Made by a program: the position numbers and the translations under genes. A DNA stretch of 64,000 nt from Flavobacteriales bacterium. GTDB taxonomy: Bacteria; Bacteroidota; Bacteroidia; Flavobacteriales; UBA7430. This document shows positions 36,601 through 47,219 of the stretch, one piece after another (positions within the stretch are counted from its first letter, which is position 1; every line of letters starts with the position of its first letter). The notes below the pieces were generated by a model. That model saw only the letters and a list, made by a program, of their open reading frames with translations. It did no database searches and was not told where the DNA came from. The stretch spans positions 19,180 through 83,179 of the forward strand of contig JAOGVT010000002.1 of the NCBI GenBank assembly GCA_028110365.1. Direction: 5' to 3'.

Positions 36601-37051
36601 AGCAATAAGTACATTTGAACAACAAGATATTAAAAAACTAGAACAAACAGGAGGCTATACGCTTACTATAGATGGAAAAGAACTTGGTATAACTACAGAT
36701 GATGTTATTATAAGTTCTCAAGACATACCCGGATTATTAGTTGCCAATAACAAAGGCATTACCGTTGCATTAGATATTACAATGGATGAAACACTAATTG
36801 AAGAGGGGATTGCAAGAGAATTGGTAAACAGAATCCAAAACATACGAAAAGATTCAGGTTTGGAGGTGACAGATAGAATCCGATTAAGCATAACAAAACA
36901 TCCTAAAATTAGTGCTGCCATTGCCACAAACAACAAATATATATGTGAGGAAACCCTTGCAGATGAGATTGTTATTGTGGATGATGAGCCGAAAAATGGA
37001 GTTGCGATTGAATTTGATGATATAAAGACTTATATTGCCTTAATAAAATAA
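33650..37051 (+). CDS. ileS: Isoleucine--tRNA ligase (type 2, long form)
   Basis: 1133 aa. It has PPSANGMPGIHHV and KMSKRLGN, plus an editing domain. Confidence 0.95.
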   Translation: MKKYPEYKGLNLPNVAAEVLANWQNNQIFEKSIATREGNKPFVFFEGPPSANGMPGIHHVMARSIKDIFCRFQTLKGFQVKRKAGWDTHGLPVELGVEKELGISKEDIGTKISVEDYNKACRETVMRYTDVWNKLTEKMGYWVDMEDPYITYESKYMESVWYLLSELYKKDLIYKGYTIQPYSPAAGTGLSSHELNQPGCYKDVKDTSAIALFKAKKESLKAHTLKSVKGDIHFIAWTTTPWTLPSNTALCVGPKIDYVLVKTYNQYSGTPMNIVLAKKLVAKQLSGKYFKAENEEELSAFEFGAKKIPYIVTQEIKGTELVGTRYEQLLPYTLPYQNSENAFQVISGDFVTTEDGTGIVHIAPTFGADDAMVAKTFDIPGMLVLDENDNPRPLVDLQGRFVPEMGELAGMYVKNEYYAEGHAPERSADVEIAIKLKEEDKAFKVEKYEHSYPHCWRTDKPVLYYPLDSWFIKSTAMKDRMIELNKTINWKPASTGTGRFGNWLENLNDWNLSRSRYWGIPIPIWSTEEGDERICIGSAEELFKECEKAVAAGLMKQNPITDFEPGNMSQENYNKLDLHKNYVDEIVLVSPSGKAMNRESDLIDVWFDSGAMPYAQWHYPFENKDLIDGQASYPADFIAEGVDQTRGWFFTLHAIATMCFDSVAYKNVISNGLVLDKNGQKMSKRLGNAADPFETLDKFGPDATRWYMITNAQPWDNLKFDLDGITEVQRKFFGTLYNTYSFFCLYANIDGFTYAEADIEHEQRPEIDRWILSELNTLMTSVDKSYSEYEPTRAGRLIQEFVTENLSNWYVRLCRRRFWKGEYEQDKISAYQTLFTCLVNVAKMASPIAPFFTDRLYKDLLNATELPTEESVHLTLFPQANQALIDGDLEKRMQMAQNITSMVLSLRKKEKLRVRQPLQKLMIPASDEKMKLQINAIKDLVLSEVNVKELDFMSENSNILVKEIKANFKTLGPKHGRQMKAIAAAISTFEQQDIKKLEQTGGYTLTIDGKELGITTDDVIISSQDIPGLLVANNKGITVALDITMDETLIEEGIARELVNRIQNIRKDSGLEVTDRIRLSITKHPKISAAIATNNKYICEETLADEIVIVDDEPKNGVAIEFDDIKTYIALIK

Positions 37052-37062
37052 AATAAAGGATT

Positions 37063-37449
37063 ATGTTAGAAATGAGTAAACGATATTCAGACAACGATTT
37101 AGATGATTTTAAAGTATTAATTCTTGACAAAATTGAGTCCGCAGAACGCGACTTAAAAAGATTAAGAGACTCTATAACGCAAAGTGCTGGTAATGGAACC
37201 AACGACACATATTCTGCCTTTAAGGCTTTTGAGGAAGGTTCTGAAACCCTTTCAAAAGAATCAAATTCAATACTAGCTCAGCGTCAAGATAAGTTTATAC
37301 GTGACTTAAAAAACGCCTTAATTCGTATTGAGAACAAAACGTACGGAATCTGCAGAGTTACAGGTAAGTTGATTCAAAAAGAACGTTTAAAGTTAGTGCC
37401 TCATGCAACACTTAGCATTGAAGCCAAGCAGATGCAAAATCGCAAATAA
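37063..37449 (+). CDS. TraR/DksA family regulator
   Basis: 128 aa. A coiled-coil N-part is followed by IENKTYGICRVTGKLIQKERL. The position between ileS and lspA is conserved. Confidence 0.7.
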   Translation: MLEMSKRYSDNDLDDFKVLILDKIESAERDLKRLRDSITQSAGNGTNDTYSAFKAFEEGSETLSKESNSILAQRQDKFIRDLKNALIRIENKTYGICRVTGKLIQKERLKLVPHATLSIEAKQMQNRK

Positions 37450-37456
37450 ATAAGCA

Positions 37457-38053
37457 TTGAAAAAACCCATCTGGATTATTCTAATCACCCTTTTTTTAGA
37501 TCAAACTCTAAAAATATGGGTGAAAACTCACATGTTTTTAGGTCAAGAATATAAAATTCTAGATTGGTTTTACATTCATTTTACCGAAAACAACGGCATG
37601 GCTTTCGGTATGGAACTAGGCGGCGATTGGGGTAAATTGACACTCAGCTTGTTCCGAATTATTTTTGTTGTGTTTATAGTGGTTTACCTCATTAAACTGG
37701 TAAACAAAAAAGCGGATCAAATTCTTATCTCATCACTTTCGTTGGTCTTAGCAGGTGCTATTGGAAACATTATAGACGGTGTTGCATACGGAGCTTTATT
37801 TTCTGATAGCTACCATCAAACTGCTTCTTTTTTACCTGAAAGTGGCGGTTACGCTCCCCTGTTCTTTGGAAAAGTAGTAGATATGTTTTACTTTCCTATG
37901 TTTAAAGGGTATTTGCCAGAGTGGCTTCCCTATTGGGGTGGAGAGTACGCTGTATTCTTTCGGCCTGTTTTTAACATTGCTGACGCAGCAATTTCTATTG
38001 GTGTTGGAATAATGATTCTATTCCAAAAAAGAATTATGAAAGAGATTGACTAA
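37457..38053 (+). CDS. lspA: Lipoprotein signal peptidase (signal peptidase II)
   Basis: 198 aa with a TTG start. It has NNGMAFG, GAIGNIIDG, VVDMFYF and FNIADAAI. Confidence 0.9.
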   Translation: MKKPIWIILITLFLDQTLKIWVKTHMFLGQEYKILDWFYIHFTENNGMAFGMELGGDWGKLTLSLFRIIFVVFIVVYLIKLVNKKADQILISSLSLVLAGAIGNIIDGVAYGALFSDSYHQTASFLPESGGYAPLFFGKVVDMFYFPMFKGYLPEWLPYWGGEYAVFFRPVFNIADAAISIGVGIMILFQKRIMKEID

Positions 38054-38288
38054 GATTAACTAAATACAATCTCATAAAACATTCAAAAAATTTATACTTC
38101 AAACAGAATATAAAATTTCATTCCCTACAGTAAAATTATACGAACCATCCCTATAATTACAGCAAAAAAAACTTGAAGAAAAAACTAGATAAATAACATT
38201 GATAGCTCTCTAGTTTACAGCATTTAAATAGAAAACTTTGAGGTGCAAATAAAGAAACAAGGGATGAGTATGAAAAAGCAATAGCGAA

Positions 38289-38807
38289 ATGATGGAGATA
38301 CCGTTATTTGAAAGCACTAAAAAGGGTGGGGTTTTATCAGAGTGTCAAAGTTATCGTTATAGGCTCTGGCGGATTTGGGATGAAGTAAAACCAAAAGTTA
38401 TGTTTATAATGCTTAACCCTTCAACAGCCGATGCAGATACAGATGACCCTACGATTAGGCGTTGCATTGGTTTTGCGAAATCATGGGGATTTGGTGGCTT
38501 GTATGTTGGAAATCTCTTTGCTTATCGCTCTACCCAACCTAATGGATTACTTGAGCCAAATGATGCAGTAGGTATTGATAATAATTATCATCTACAAGAA
38601 ATGAGTAAAGAGTGTGAAATTGCTATTTGTGCGTGGGGAAATTCACCAATTCTCAGTAAAATAAAACCGAAGCATGAGCCACTTAAATACGTAAGCATAC
38701 CGCTACATTACATTGAACTTTCAAAAGATGGCACACCAAAGCACCCTTTGTACTTAAAATCAGAACTAAAGCCCGTTAACCAAACCTTTTCTAAGCGACT
38801 TATTTAA
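38289..38807 (+). CDS. DUF1643 domain-containing protein
   Basis: 172 aa. The sequence reads YRYRLWRIWDEVKPKVMFIMLNPSTADADTDDPTIRRCIGFAKSWGFGGLYVGNLFAYRST...HPLY. Confidence 0.7.
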   Translation: MMEIPLFESTKKGGVLSECQSYRYRLWRIWDEVKPKVMFIMLNPSTADADTDDPTIRRCIGFAKSWGFGGLYVGNLFAYRSTQPNGLLEPNDAVGIDNNYHLQEMSKECEIAICAWGNSPILSKIKPKHEPLKYVSIPLHYIELSKDGTPKHPLYLKSELKPVNQTFSKRLI

Positions 38808-38881
38808 TTTACACAATGTTGTTGTGAGTAAAGCGAAAAAAGCATTTTAATGGCATACAACACCTACATCCGAAATATCAA

Positions 38882-40648
38882 CTAGGGGAAAGAAGTGATG
38901 CCGGGTAAAGAATTAATTAATCTTTTTGTATAAGCCGATTTAGAATTTGTGAGCAAATCATGAGCTAAAATTGACTCTTCAATTTTACCTTGATTGAGCA
39001 CAATAACTCGATCGCAAAAATGTTTAACAATCCCTAAATCATGAGAAATAAAGAGATAGCTTAATGAGTAGGTTTCCTTTAACTCGTTCAACAAATTTAA
39101 AATTTGGGCTTGAACTGAAACGTCTAGAGCAGAAACAGATTCGTCGCATATAATTATTTTAGGCTCTAAAGCTAATGCTCTGGCAATTCCAATACGCTGC
39201 TTTTGCCCCCCCGAAAGCTCATGCGGAAATCTATGGAAGTACGCTGGTTTTAAACCCACATTAGAAAGTAGCTCTTTTGCCTTTTGCTTTCTTTCTTTAT
39301 TTGAGATTCCAATACTGTGTACTCTCATCACCTCAACCAAAGCAACTCCTACTTTTAATCTAGGATTAAGTGCAGTTGCTGGGTCTTGAAAAACCATTTG
39401 AATTGCCTTACGGTAGGCTAATGCATCTAGCTCAAGTAATTTTTTTACAGAATCTCCATAAAATTTAATGGAACCACTAGATTGATTTTCTAACTGAATG
39501 ATGCATTTACCAAGTGTACTTTTCCCACTACCCGACTCGCCAACAATGCCTAAACTTTCTCCTTTGTACAAGGACATAGTCACCTTATTTAAAGCGACAA
39601 TATCATTGCTTTTTCTGAATAAACCAGAACCCGGATATACTTTACTAAGCGCATCTAATTCTAAAATTGGAGTTTTGGTGTAAAGCTCTTGGTGTTTGTC
39701 ATCAACCTGTTTTATACTCAGTTCATTTTGAGCGTAAAAATCTTTTATGTTAAACGATGGGTTTTCTAAAACATCGGATACAGTGGCTAATGTTTTTAAA
39801 TTTTTATGCATTGCAGGACGACAAGCTAACAATGCTTTTGTGTAGGGATGAGTAGGTTTAGCAAACAATTCGTTTGCAGGTTTACATTCTACAATTACGC
39901 CATTTTGCATCACTGCAATGTGGTCGGCTACCTCACGAACCAATTCTAAATCATGGCTAATAAACAAACAACCCATCTGGTGTTTTTGCTGGAGCGATTT
40001 AATTAAACCCAAGACCTCTTTTTGAACCGTAACATCTAGAGCAGTAGTGGGTTCATCTGCAATCAAAACTTTAGGATTACAAGACAAAGCCATTGCAATC
40101 ATTACCCTTTGCTTTTGCCCTCCAGACAATTGGTGTGGATAAGAATTGTAAATTCGATCTGGTTCTGGGAGTTCAACAGCGTCAAACAAGTTGATGCAAC
40201 GAGCTCTATTTTCGGATTTTGAGAGGTTTAAATGTTGTTGAATCACTTCACAAACTTGAGCTCCACAGGTCATCGATGGATTTAAAGCCGTCATGGGTTC
40301 TTGAAATATCATTGCAAGCTCTTTAGCTCGAAAAGTTTGCATCTGAGATTCTGTTAATTCATGAAGCGCTATTGTATCTTCAGCATGAGCATACCAAATT
40401 TCGCCCGAATCCATGTTCTCTAGGCCGTTCGTAATTAATTGCATGGCCATTAAACTGGTAACAGACTTACCAGAACCAGATTCGCCTACTAATGCTAAAA
40501 CTTCTCCTTTGAAAATTTGTAAGTCTACGCCTTTTAATACTTGAATACGTTCTTTACCTTGGCCAAAAGACAAAGATAAATTGGAAATATGTAGAATAGG
40601 TTTTTTGATAATAGGTGGTACTTTGAACTGATTTACGAGGCATCTCAA
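38882..40648 (-). CDS. ABC transporter ATP-binding protein with two fused ATPase domains (oligopeptide/nickel-type)
   Basis: 588 aa with a TTG start. It carries two Walker A motifs (GESGSGKS twice), two LSGGQKQR signature motifs and two Walker B motifs. There is no permease gene nearby. Confidence 0.85.
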   Translation of the reverse strand: MRCLVNQFKVPPIIKKPILHISNLSLSFGQGKERIQVLKGVDLQIFKGEVLALVGESGSGKSVTSLMAMQLITNGLENMDSGEIWYAHAEDTIALHELTESQMQTFRAKELAMIFQEPMTALNPSMTCGAQVCEVIQQHLNLSKSENRARCINLFDAVELPEPDRIYNSYPHQLSGGQKQRVMIAMALSCNPKVLIADEPTTALDVTVQKEVLGLIKSLQQKHQMGCLFISHDLELVREVADHIAVMQNGVIVECKPANELFAKPTHPYTKALLACRPAMHKNLKTLATVSDVLENPSFNIKDFYAQNELSIKQVDDKHQELYTKTPILELDALSKVYPGSGLFRKSNDIVALNKVTMSLYKGESLGIVGESGSGKSTLGKCIIQLENQSSGSIKFYGDSVKKLLELDALAYRKAIQMVFQDPATALNPRLKVGVALVEVMRVHSIGISNKERKQKAKELLSNVGLKPAYFHRFPHELSGGQKQRIGIARALALEPKIIICDESVSALDVSVQAQILNLLNELKETYSLSYLFISHDLGIVKHFCDRVIVLNQGKIEESILAHDLLTNSKSAYTKRLINSLPGITSFP

Positions 40649-40779
40649 AAATAAACAATAAATTAGAACTACTCATTTTAAAAACAAAATAGATTCAATT
40701 AAAAGGAGGTTTTCAAAAGACACAAAAGGCTCCAAATAAATATTCAGAACGCCACTCTTTTTCTTGTTCTCCAAAAGTG

Positions 40780-40787
40780 TATATTTG
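40780..40787 (+). promoter_or_regulatory. Bacteroidota-type -7 box (TATATTTG)
   Basis: It matches TAnnTTTG and lies 30 nt upstream of the TTG start at 40817. Confidence 0.35.
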
Positions 40788-40816
40788 AGGTTATAAATTT
40801 TAGTATAAAAAGTTAA

Positions 40817-41773
40817 TTGAAAAATAAAGATACCATACTATTAATTGGAGCCTCTGGTCAAATCGGTACCGATTTGACCATGAGCCTTAGGACTATTTAC
40901 GGAGCTTCTCATGTGGTGGCTTCTGATATAAAATCTGCATCTAGAGAAGTCATGGAATCTGGGCCATTTGAACAACTAGACATCATGGATCCAGTTCGAT
41001 TAAACGAGATTGTTCTTAAATACAAGGTTACACAAGTTTATTTATTGGCTGCTCTTTTATCTGCAACAGCAGAAAAAAACATCGAATTAGGTTGGGCCTT
41101 AAATATGAAATCTTTATCTCATGTACTAGATCTAGCCAGACATGGAAAGGTTAAAAAAGTTTATTGGCCAAGTTCAATTGCTGTTTTTGGACCTACAACA
41201 CCGTCAATAAATACGCCGCAACACACCATTATGGACCCCAACACTGTTTACGGAATTTCTAAACAAGCCGGAGAGCGATGGTGCGAATACTACTACCAAA
41301 AATTTGGAGTTGATGTAAGAAGCATTCGCTATCCGGGTTTAATAAGTTGGAAAGCTAAACCTGGTGGTGGAACCACAGATTATGCTGTTCATATTTTTCA
41401 TGAAGCAATAAAATACGGCAGGTACCAATCATTTCTTTCAGAAACAACTAGCCTACCAATGATGTATATGCCCGATGCAATTCGGGCTACACTTGAGTTA
41501 ATGGAGGCACCTGCGGATAGCATTAAAATTAGATCGTCTTACAACGTAGCAGGAACAAGTTTTAATCCAGCTGAAATTGCGGCTGTGGTAAAGCAATATA
41601 TTCCACATTTTGAAATAGCATACAAAACAGATGAGCGTCAAGCTATTGCTAACAGCTGGCCTCAATCTATAAACGATTCTTTAGCAAGAGAACACTGGAA
41701 TTGGAAACATGAATATGACTTAGGTAATATGGCAGAAGACATGATGCTGAACCTAAAGAAAAAATACAAATAA
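40817..41773 (+). CDS. Extended-SDR NAD-dependent epimerase/dehydratase family protein, likely L-threonine 3-dehydrogenase type
   Basis: 318 aa. It has ILLIGASGQIGTDL, YGISKQAGE and KPGGGTTDYAVHIF, which resemble the epimerase-like threonine dehydrogenases. Confidence 0.6.
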   Translation: MKNKDTILLIGASGQIGTDLTMSLRTIYGASHVVASDIKSASREVMESGPFEQLDIMDPVRLNEIVLKYKVTQVYLLAALLSATAEKNIELGWALNMKSLSHVLDLARHGKVKKVYWPSSIAVFGPTTPSINTPQHTIMDPNTVYGISKQAGERWCEYYYQKFGVDVRSIRYPGLISWKAKPGGGTTDYAVHIFHEAIKYGRYQSFLSETTSLPMMYMPDAIRATLELMEAPADSIKIRSSYNVAGTSFNPAEIAAVVKQYIPHFEIAYKTDERQAIANSWPQSINDSLAREHWNWKHEYDLGNMAEDMMLNLKKKYK

Positions 41774-41784
41774 AGCTGTAAACC

Positions 41785-43248
41785 ATGCAAGACTTAAATC
41801 TATACAATACTCTCACTAGAAAAAAAGAGGTCTTTAAACCTATTCATAAAAACAAAGTTGGTATGTACGTTTGCGGCCCAACAGTATACGGAGATGCGCA
41901 TTTAGGACATGCTAGGCCAGGTATTACTTTTGATGTAGTATTCAGATACATGCGACACCTTGGCTATAAGACTCGATATGTACGTAACATAACAGATGTA
42001 GGACATTTAGTGAACGATGCCGATGAAGGAGAAGACAAAATTGCAAAAAAAGCACTTTTGGATCAATTGGAGCCTATGGAAGTTGTTGCTCATTACACGC
42101 GCTCGTACCATAAAGACATGGCGCTCTTAAATACACTACCTCCAAGTATAGAACCAACAGCAACAGGACATATTATTGAGCAAATTCAAATGATCGAAAA
42201 AATCATTGCAAATGGATACGGCTATGAGGTAGAAGGTAATATTTATTTTGATGTAGTTAAATACGATAAAGACCACGCGTACGGGAAATTGTCAGGTAGA
42301 AATATTGAGGACATGATCTCCAATACACGAGAGCTGGATGGGCAATCTGACAAAAAAAACCCTGTTGATTTTGCGCTCTGGAAAAAAGCATCAGCGGAGC
42401 ATATCATGCGCTGGCCCTCGCCATGGTCTGAAGGTTTTCCTGGATGGCATCTGGAGTGTTCTGCTATGAGCACAAAATACTTAGGCGCTAAGTTTGATAT
42501 TCATGGAGGTGGAATGGACTTGGTTTTCCCGCATCACGAAGCAGAAATTGCACAATCTTGTGCCAGCGATGGTGCAGAAGCTGTAAACTACTGGATGCAC
42601 AACAATATGATTACCATTAACGGACAAAAAATGGGGAAATCATTGGGGAACTTTATCACACTCAGCGAATTTTTTAGTGGCGAGCACGAGAGCTTAGAAC
42701 AAGCCTACCAGCCCATGACGATCCGTTTCTTTATACTTCAAGCGCACTATCGTTCTACGGTTGATTTTTCTAACGAGGCACTTCAAGCTGCAGAAAAAGG
42801 AATGACTAAATTAATGAACGCACTAGATACCCTGGATGGAATTAAAGTTGACAGCGATTCAAGTATAAATGTTGAAGACTACAAAAATAAATTCTACCAA
42901 GCCATTAACGACGATTTTAACACCCCTATTTTAGTAGCACACTTGTTTGATGCTGTAAAGCAAATCAATTCAATAGCTGCGGGAAAAGGAACTTTAAATA
43001 AAACATCAAAAGAAGAACTCATTCAATTAATGTCAGATTTCTGCTACGATATTTTAGGCTTGCAAAAAACAGTAGCAGAGTCGCAAGATGGACTTGCAGA
43101 CGAAGTAATGGATGTAGTACTCGGTTTAAGAAAAATAGCAAAAGAAAATAAAGATTGGTCAACAGCCGATTTCATTCGTGATGAATTGGGAAAACTTAAT
43201 ATTACCGTAAAAGATTCAAAAGAAGGTGCCAGTTGGGCAAAAGAATAA
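41785..43248 (+). CDS. cysS: Cysteine--tRNA ligase
   Basis: 487 aa. It has [22 protein letters not shown] and KMGKSLGN. Confidence 0.95.
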   Translation: MQDLNLYNTLTRKKEVFKPIHKNKVGMYVCGPTVYGDAHLGHARPGITFDVVFRYMRHLGYKTRYVRNITDVGHLVNDADEGEDKIAKKALLDQLEPMEVVAHYTRSYHKDMALLNTLPPSIEPTATGHIIEQIQMIEKIIANGYGYEVEGNIYFDVVKYDKDHAYGKLSGRNIEDMISNTRELDGQSDKKNPVDFALWKKASAEHIMRWPSPWSEGFPGWHLECSAMSTKYLGAKFDIHGGGMDLVFPHHEAEIAQSCASDGAEAVNYWMHNNMITINGQKMGKSLGNFITLSEFFSGEHESLEQAYQPMTIRFFILQAHYRSTVDFSNEALQAAEKGMTKLMNALDTLDGIKVDSDSSINVEDYKNKFYQAINDDFNTPILVAHLFDAVKQINSIAAGKGTLNKTSKEELIQLMSDFCYDILGLQKTVAESQDGLADEVMDVVLGLRKIAKENKDWSTADFIRDELGKLNITVKDSKEGASWAKE

Positions 43249-43336
43249 AAGTACCTTTTCAAATTTACAGCCAAAACGACAGCGGGGCTTTTTAGTTTTC
43301 TAACAAATTCGATAAACGCACAACTTTAGTAATCAA

Positions 43337-44314
43337 ATGAAACACCTACTTATTGCACTGCTTACACTTATACTAATCGGCTGTACTTCGGAACCAAAAG
43401 TTAAAAAAGCGAAAAACCCAAAGAAAAAAGTGGAGGCTCCGATTTTTAACCAAGATTCGGCTTACAATTTTATAGCAAGCCAAGTTGCTTTTGGTCCTCG
43501 TGTTCCTAACACTAAGGGGCACATAGCCTGCGGCGATTACCTAATAGAAACACTAAAATCGTATTGCGATACTGTAATTGTTCAAGAAGCGCAACTAACC
43601 GCTTTTGATGGAAATGTATTAAATTCTAAAAATATCATTGCCTCTTTTAAGCCAAAAAGAGCCAAGCGAATTATGCTTTGTGCGCATTGGGATACCCGTC
43701 CTTTTGCAGATCAAGATACAGAAGACACAAATAAAGCGATTGATGGCGCAAATGATGGCGCTTCTGGAGTAGGTGTGCTTTTGGAAATAGCGAGACAATT
43801 TTCGTTAAAAAAACCCAACATTGGAGTAGATATTATTCTATTTGATGCAGAAGATTATGGCCAACCAGCTGTAAGTGATTACCCAAGAATGGAACACTCC
43901 TATTGCTTGGGATCCCAATACTGGGCTACCCACCTACACAAATCGAATTACTTTGCAAAATACGGAATCTTACTCGATATGGTTGGGGGTAAAAACGCGG
44001 TATTTACGCAAGAACTTGCCTCGCTTACCTTTGCGCCAAAGGTGCTTAAAAAGGTGTGGAATACTGCAGCAGAATTGGGCTACGGAAACACTTTTCAATT
44101 CAAAAAAACAAACCTAATCATCGACGACCATTTGTACATCAATAATTTGGCACAAGGAAGGGTTCCCACAATCGATATTATCGAATACAATGAGGTTACC
44201 GAAAGTCACTTTTACGAACATTGGCATACGCACAAAGACAAGTTAGAGAACATTGACAAGAACACGCTCAAAGCAGTGGGTCAAACTGTGCTTCAAGTTG
44301 TTTACAATGAATAA
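43337..44314 (+). CDS. M28-fold lipoprotein, glutaminyl-peptide cyclotransferase-like
   Basis: 325 aa with the lipobox LILIGC. It has FGPRVPNTKGH, LCAHWDTRPFADQD, DGANDGASGVGVLLEIARQF and ILFDAEDYG. The pattern resembles the animal-type glutaminyl cyclases of Bacteroidota. Confidence 0.65.
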   Translation: MKHLLIALLTLILIGCTSEPKVKKAKNPKKKVEAPIFNQDSAYNFIASQVAFGPRVPNTKGHIACGDYLIETLKSYCDTVIVQEAQLTAFDGNVLNSKNIIASFKPKRAKRIMLCAHWDTRPFADQDTEDTNKAIDGANDGASGVGVLLEIARQFSLKKPNIGVDIILFDAEDYGQPAVSDYPRMEHSYCLGSQYWATHLHKSNYFAKYGILLDMVGGKNAVFTQELASLTFAPKVLKKVWNTAAELGYGNTFQFKKTNLIIDDHLYINNLAQGRVPTIDIIEYNEVTESHFYEHWHTHKDKLENIDKNTLKAVGQTVLQVVYNE

Positions 44315-44374
44315 AATAGAACCGAAAATACTGTAAAGCTTTTGCTATATTAGTAGTCAATTGAATATTCGATT

Positions 44375-47197
44375 ATGACACCAGAAACCAATAAAAAACT
44401 ATTTCTATTTGATGCATTTGCACTTATATACAGAGCTTATTTTGCCTTTGCCAAAAACCCCAGAATAAACTCCAAAGGGCAAAATACATCTGCTGTATTA
44501 GGTTTGGTAAACACGCTTATGGAAGTTCAAATGAAAGAACAACCTACACATTGGGCTATTTGTTTCGACACATCCGAACCCACCGAAAGACATATAGAAT
44601 ACAAAGAGTATAAAGCGCAACGCGAAGCAATGCCCGAAGGTATTTCCACGGCGCTGCCCTATATTTTTAAACTAATGGAAGCGTTAAACATCCCGGTAAT
44701 TGCAAAACCCGGATTTGAAGCGGATGATGTGATTGGAACGCTCGCTAAAAAAGCAGAAAAAGAAGGTTTTACAACCTATATGATGACGCCCGATAAAGAT
44801 TTTGCTCAACTTGTATCCGATAATATTTACATGTACAAACCCCCAAGAATGGGAAATGGGGCTGAAATTTGGGGAATACCTCAAGTACTCAAGAAATTTG
44901 AAATTACGCGTATAGAACAAGTCATTGATTATTTAGGTATGATGGGTGACGCCTCTGATAATATTCCTGGAATACCAGGTGTAGGAGACAAAACTGCAAA
45001 AAAATTATTAGGCTTATACGGAAGTATGGAAGGCTTGTACGAAAATACACACGAGCTTAAAGGAAAACAAAAAGAAAAAGTTGAAGACAATAAAGAATTG
45101 GCTTTTTTATCTAAAAAATTAGCCACAATAAACTTAGCCGTTCCTGTTGATTTTGAAGCAGAAAACCTACAAAGAGTTCCTATGAACAAGGAGGCTGTAA
45201 AGGAGCTTTTCTTAGAGTTAGAATTTAGAAGGTTGGCCGAAAGATGGTTTGGAAAAGAGACCACAGAAACAACACCAACAGAAACAAACACCAAAACCAA
45301 AAGTTCAAAAAAAACAACAGATACGGCACAAACAGATCTATTTGGAAGCAATGATGCTGATGAACAAGACCTGTTCACATCAGCCTACAAAACTTTAGAA
45401 AGTGAAAAACCTACGTATAAATTAGTAGATAGCATAGAAGAGTGTAAGGTTTTGGCTGAAAAATTAGCCGTTTTAAAGTCCTTTGCTTTTGATACCGAAA
45501 CGACTTCTTTGAATGCGCTTAAAGCAGAAGTTGTTGGGATTTCATTTAGTTTTAAAAGCAAAGAAGCCTACTACGTTCCAATAAGTAATGATGAAAATAG
45601 TCGAAAAGAACGCTTGGCTCTTTTTAAACCGCTCTTTGAAAACGCTCGTATTGAAAAAGTAGGACAAAACATTAAATACGACCTTCACATTCTAGCGAAT
45701 TATGGCATTGAGTTGAAAGGGAAGTTTTTTGATACCATGATTGCGCATTATCTGCTAGAGGCAGACATGAGGCACAATATGAATGTACTGGCAGAAACAT
45801 ATTTAAACTACTCGCCGGTAAAAATTGAATCGATTATTGGAAAAGGGAAATCGCAAGTAAACATGCGCGATATCTCACCTTCAAAAGTTAAAGATTACGC
45901 TTGCGAGGACGCTGACATTACTTGGCAATTAAAAGAAGTATTTGCCCCTAGACTAAAGGAAGAAGAGGTATACGAACTCTTTACAAGTATGGAGATGCCA
46001 TTGGTTTCTGTACTCGCTAAAATGGAACGAGAAGGGATTAACTTAAACGTTCCGGGCTTGCAGGTTTTTTCAAAAGAATTAGAAAAAGAAGCTTTAAATA
46101 CGCAAACAAAAATATTTGATTTGGCTGGAATGGAGTTTAACATCGCATCTCCTAAACAGTTGGGCGAGGTACTTTTTGATCATTTAAAGTTAGACGATAA
46201 GGCAAAAAAAACAAAAACAGGGCAATACTCTACCGGCGAAGAAGTCCTTTCGAAATTAAAAGACAAACATGCTATTATTGAGCACATTTTAGATTTTCGC
46301 TCTTTGCAAAAACTAAGATCTACTTATGTAGAGGCACTACCAGAGTTAATTAACCCTTCTACAAATCACATACATACTTCCTTTAATCAGGCTGTTGCAG
46401 CTACAGGAAGATTGAGTTCTAACAACCCGAACTTGCAAAACATTCCTATTCGAACCGAAAAAGGAAAAGAAGTACGTAAAGCCTTTATTCCTCGAGACGA
46501 AAACCATGTTTTACTAGCAGCAGATTATTCTCAAGTAGAACTGCGTTTAATTGCCGAGATGAGTGAAGACCCCGTAATGATGGATGCTTTCCAAAAAGAA
46601 CTAGATATACACGCAGCTACTGCTTCCAAGGTTTTTGGAGTACCTTTAGATGAGGTTACAAGAGAAATGCGATCGAATGCCAAAACCGTAAACTTTGGAA
46701 TTATTTACGGCGTATCGGCCTTTGGCCTAAGTCAGCAGTCTACCCTTTCTCGTAAAGAAGCAGCCGAAATTATTAAAAATTATTTTGCTACGTATCCGAA
46801 ACTCAAAGCGTATATGGATGCAAATATTGCATTTGCTCGAGAACATGGTTATGTAAAAACGCTTATGAATAGAAAAAGGCGTTTAAAAGACATCAATTCT
46901 AGAAATGGAATAGTTAGAGGCCACGCTGAGAGAAACGCCATAAACGCTCCCGTACAAGGCTCTGCAGCCGATGTTATTAAACTTGCTATGATTAAGGTTC
47001 AAGCAGAAATTGAGGCGCAAGGCTTGCAATCAAAAATGATACTGCAAGTGCATGATGAATTGGTTTTTGACGCTCTTAAAACTGAAGTTCCTCAATTAAA
47101 AATACTGATTAAAGAAGCCATGGAAAATGTATTCGAATCCAAAGTACCACTTACCGTAGATATTGGAGAAGGTGCTACTTGGTTAGAAGCCCATTAA
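44375..47197 (+). CDS. polA: DNA polymerase I
   Basis: 940 aa. It has a 5'-nuclease domain, a 3'-5' exonuclease domain (FAFDTETTSL) and polymerase motifs (DYSQVELR, KTVNFGIIYG, QVHDELVF). Confidence 0.95.
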   Translation: MTPETNKKLFLFDAFALIYRAYFAFAKNPRINSKGQNTSAVLGLVNTLMEVQMKEQPTHWAICFDTSEPTERHIEYKEYKAQREAMPEGISTALPYIFKLMEALNIPVIAKPGFEADDVIGTLAKKAEKEGFTTYMMTPDKDFAQLVSDNIYMYKPPRMGNGAEIWGIPQVLKKFEITRIEQVIDYLGMMGDASDNIPGIPGVGDKTAKKLLGLYGSMEGLYENTHELKGKQKEKVEDNKELAFLSKKLATINLAVPVDFEAENLQRVPMNKEAVKELFLELEFRRLAERWFGKETTETTPTETNTKTKSSKKTTDTAQTDLFGSNDADEQDLFTSAYKTLESEKPTYKLVDSIEECKVLAEKLAVLKSFAFDTETTSLNALKAEVVGISFSFKSKEAYYVPISNDENSRKERLALFKPLFENARIEKVGQNIKYDLHILANYGIELKGKFFDTMIAHYLLEADMRHNMNVLAETYLNYSPVKIESIIGKGKSQVNMRDISPSKVKDYACEDADITWQLKEVFAPRLKEEEVYELFTSMEMPLVSVLAKMEREGINLNVPGLQVFSKELEKEALNTQTKIFDLAGMEFNIASPKQLGEVLFDHLKLDDKAKKTKTGQYSTGEEVLSKLKDKHAIIEHILDFRSLQKLRSTYVEALPELINPSTNHIHTSFNQAVAATGRLSSNNPNLQNIPIRTEKGKEVRKAFIPRDENHVLLAADYSQVELRLIAEMSEDPVMMDAFQKELDIHAATASKVFGVPLDEVTREMRSNAKTVNFGIIYGVSAFGLSQQSTLSRKEAAEIIKNYFATYPKLKAYMDANIAFAREHGYVKTLMNRKRRLKDINSRNGIVRGHAERNAINAPVQGSAADVIKLAMIKVQAEIEAQGLQSKMILQVHDELVFDALKTEVPQLKILIKEAMENVFESKVPLTVDIGEGATWLEAH

Positions 47198-47219
47198 AAA
47201 GTTTCGTATAAAAAAAGCC

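Noticed and set aside
44929-45378. 149-aa ORF antisense to polA
   Set aside because: It lies opposite the low-complexity Thr/Lys-rich linker of DNA polymerase I. The composition is an artefact (Ser/Phe/Val-rich) with no recognisable motif.
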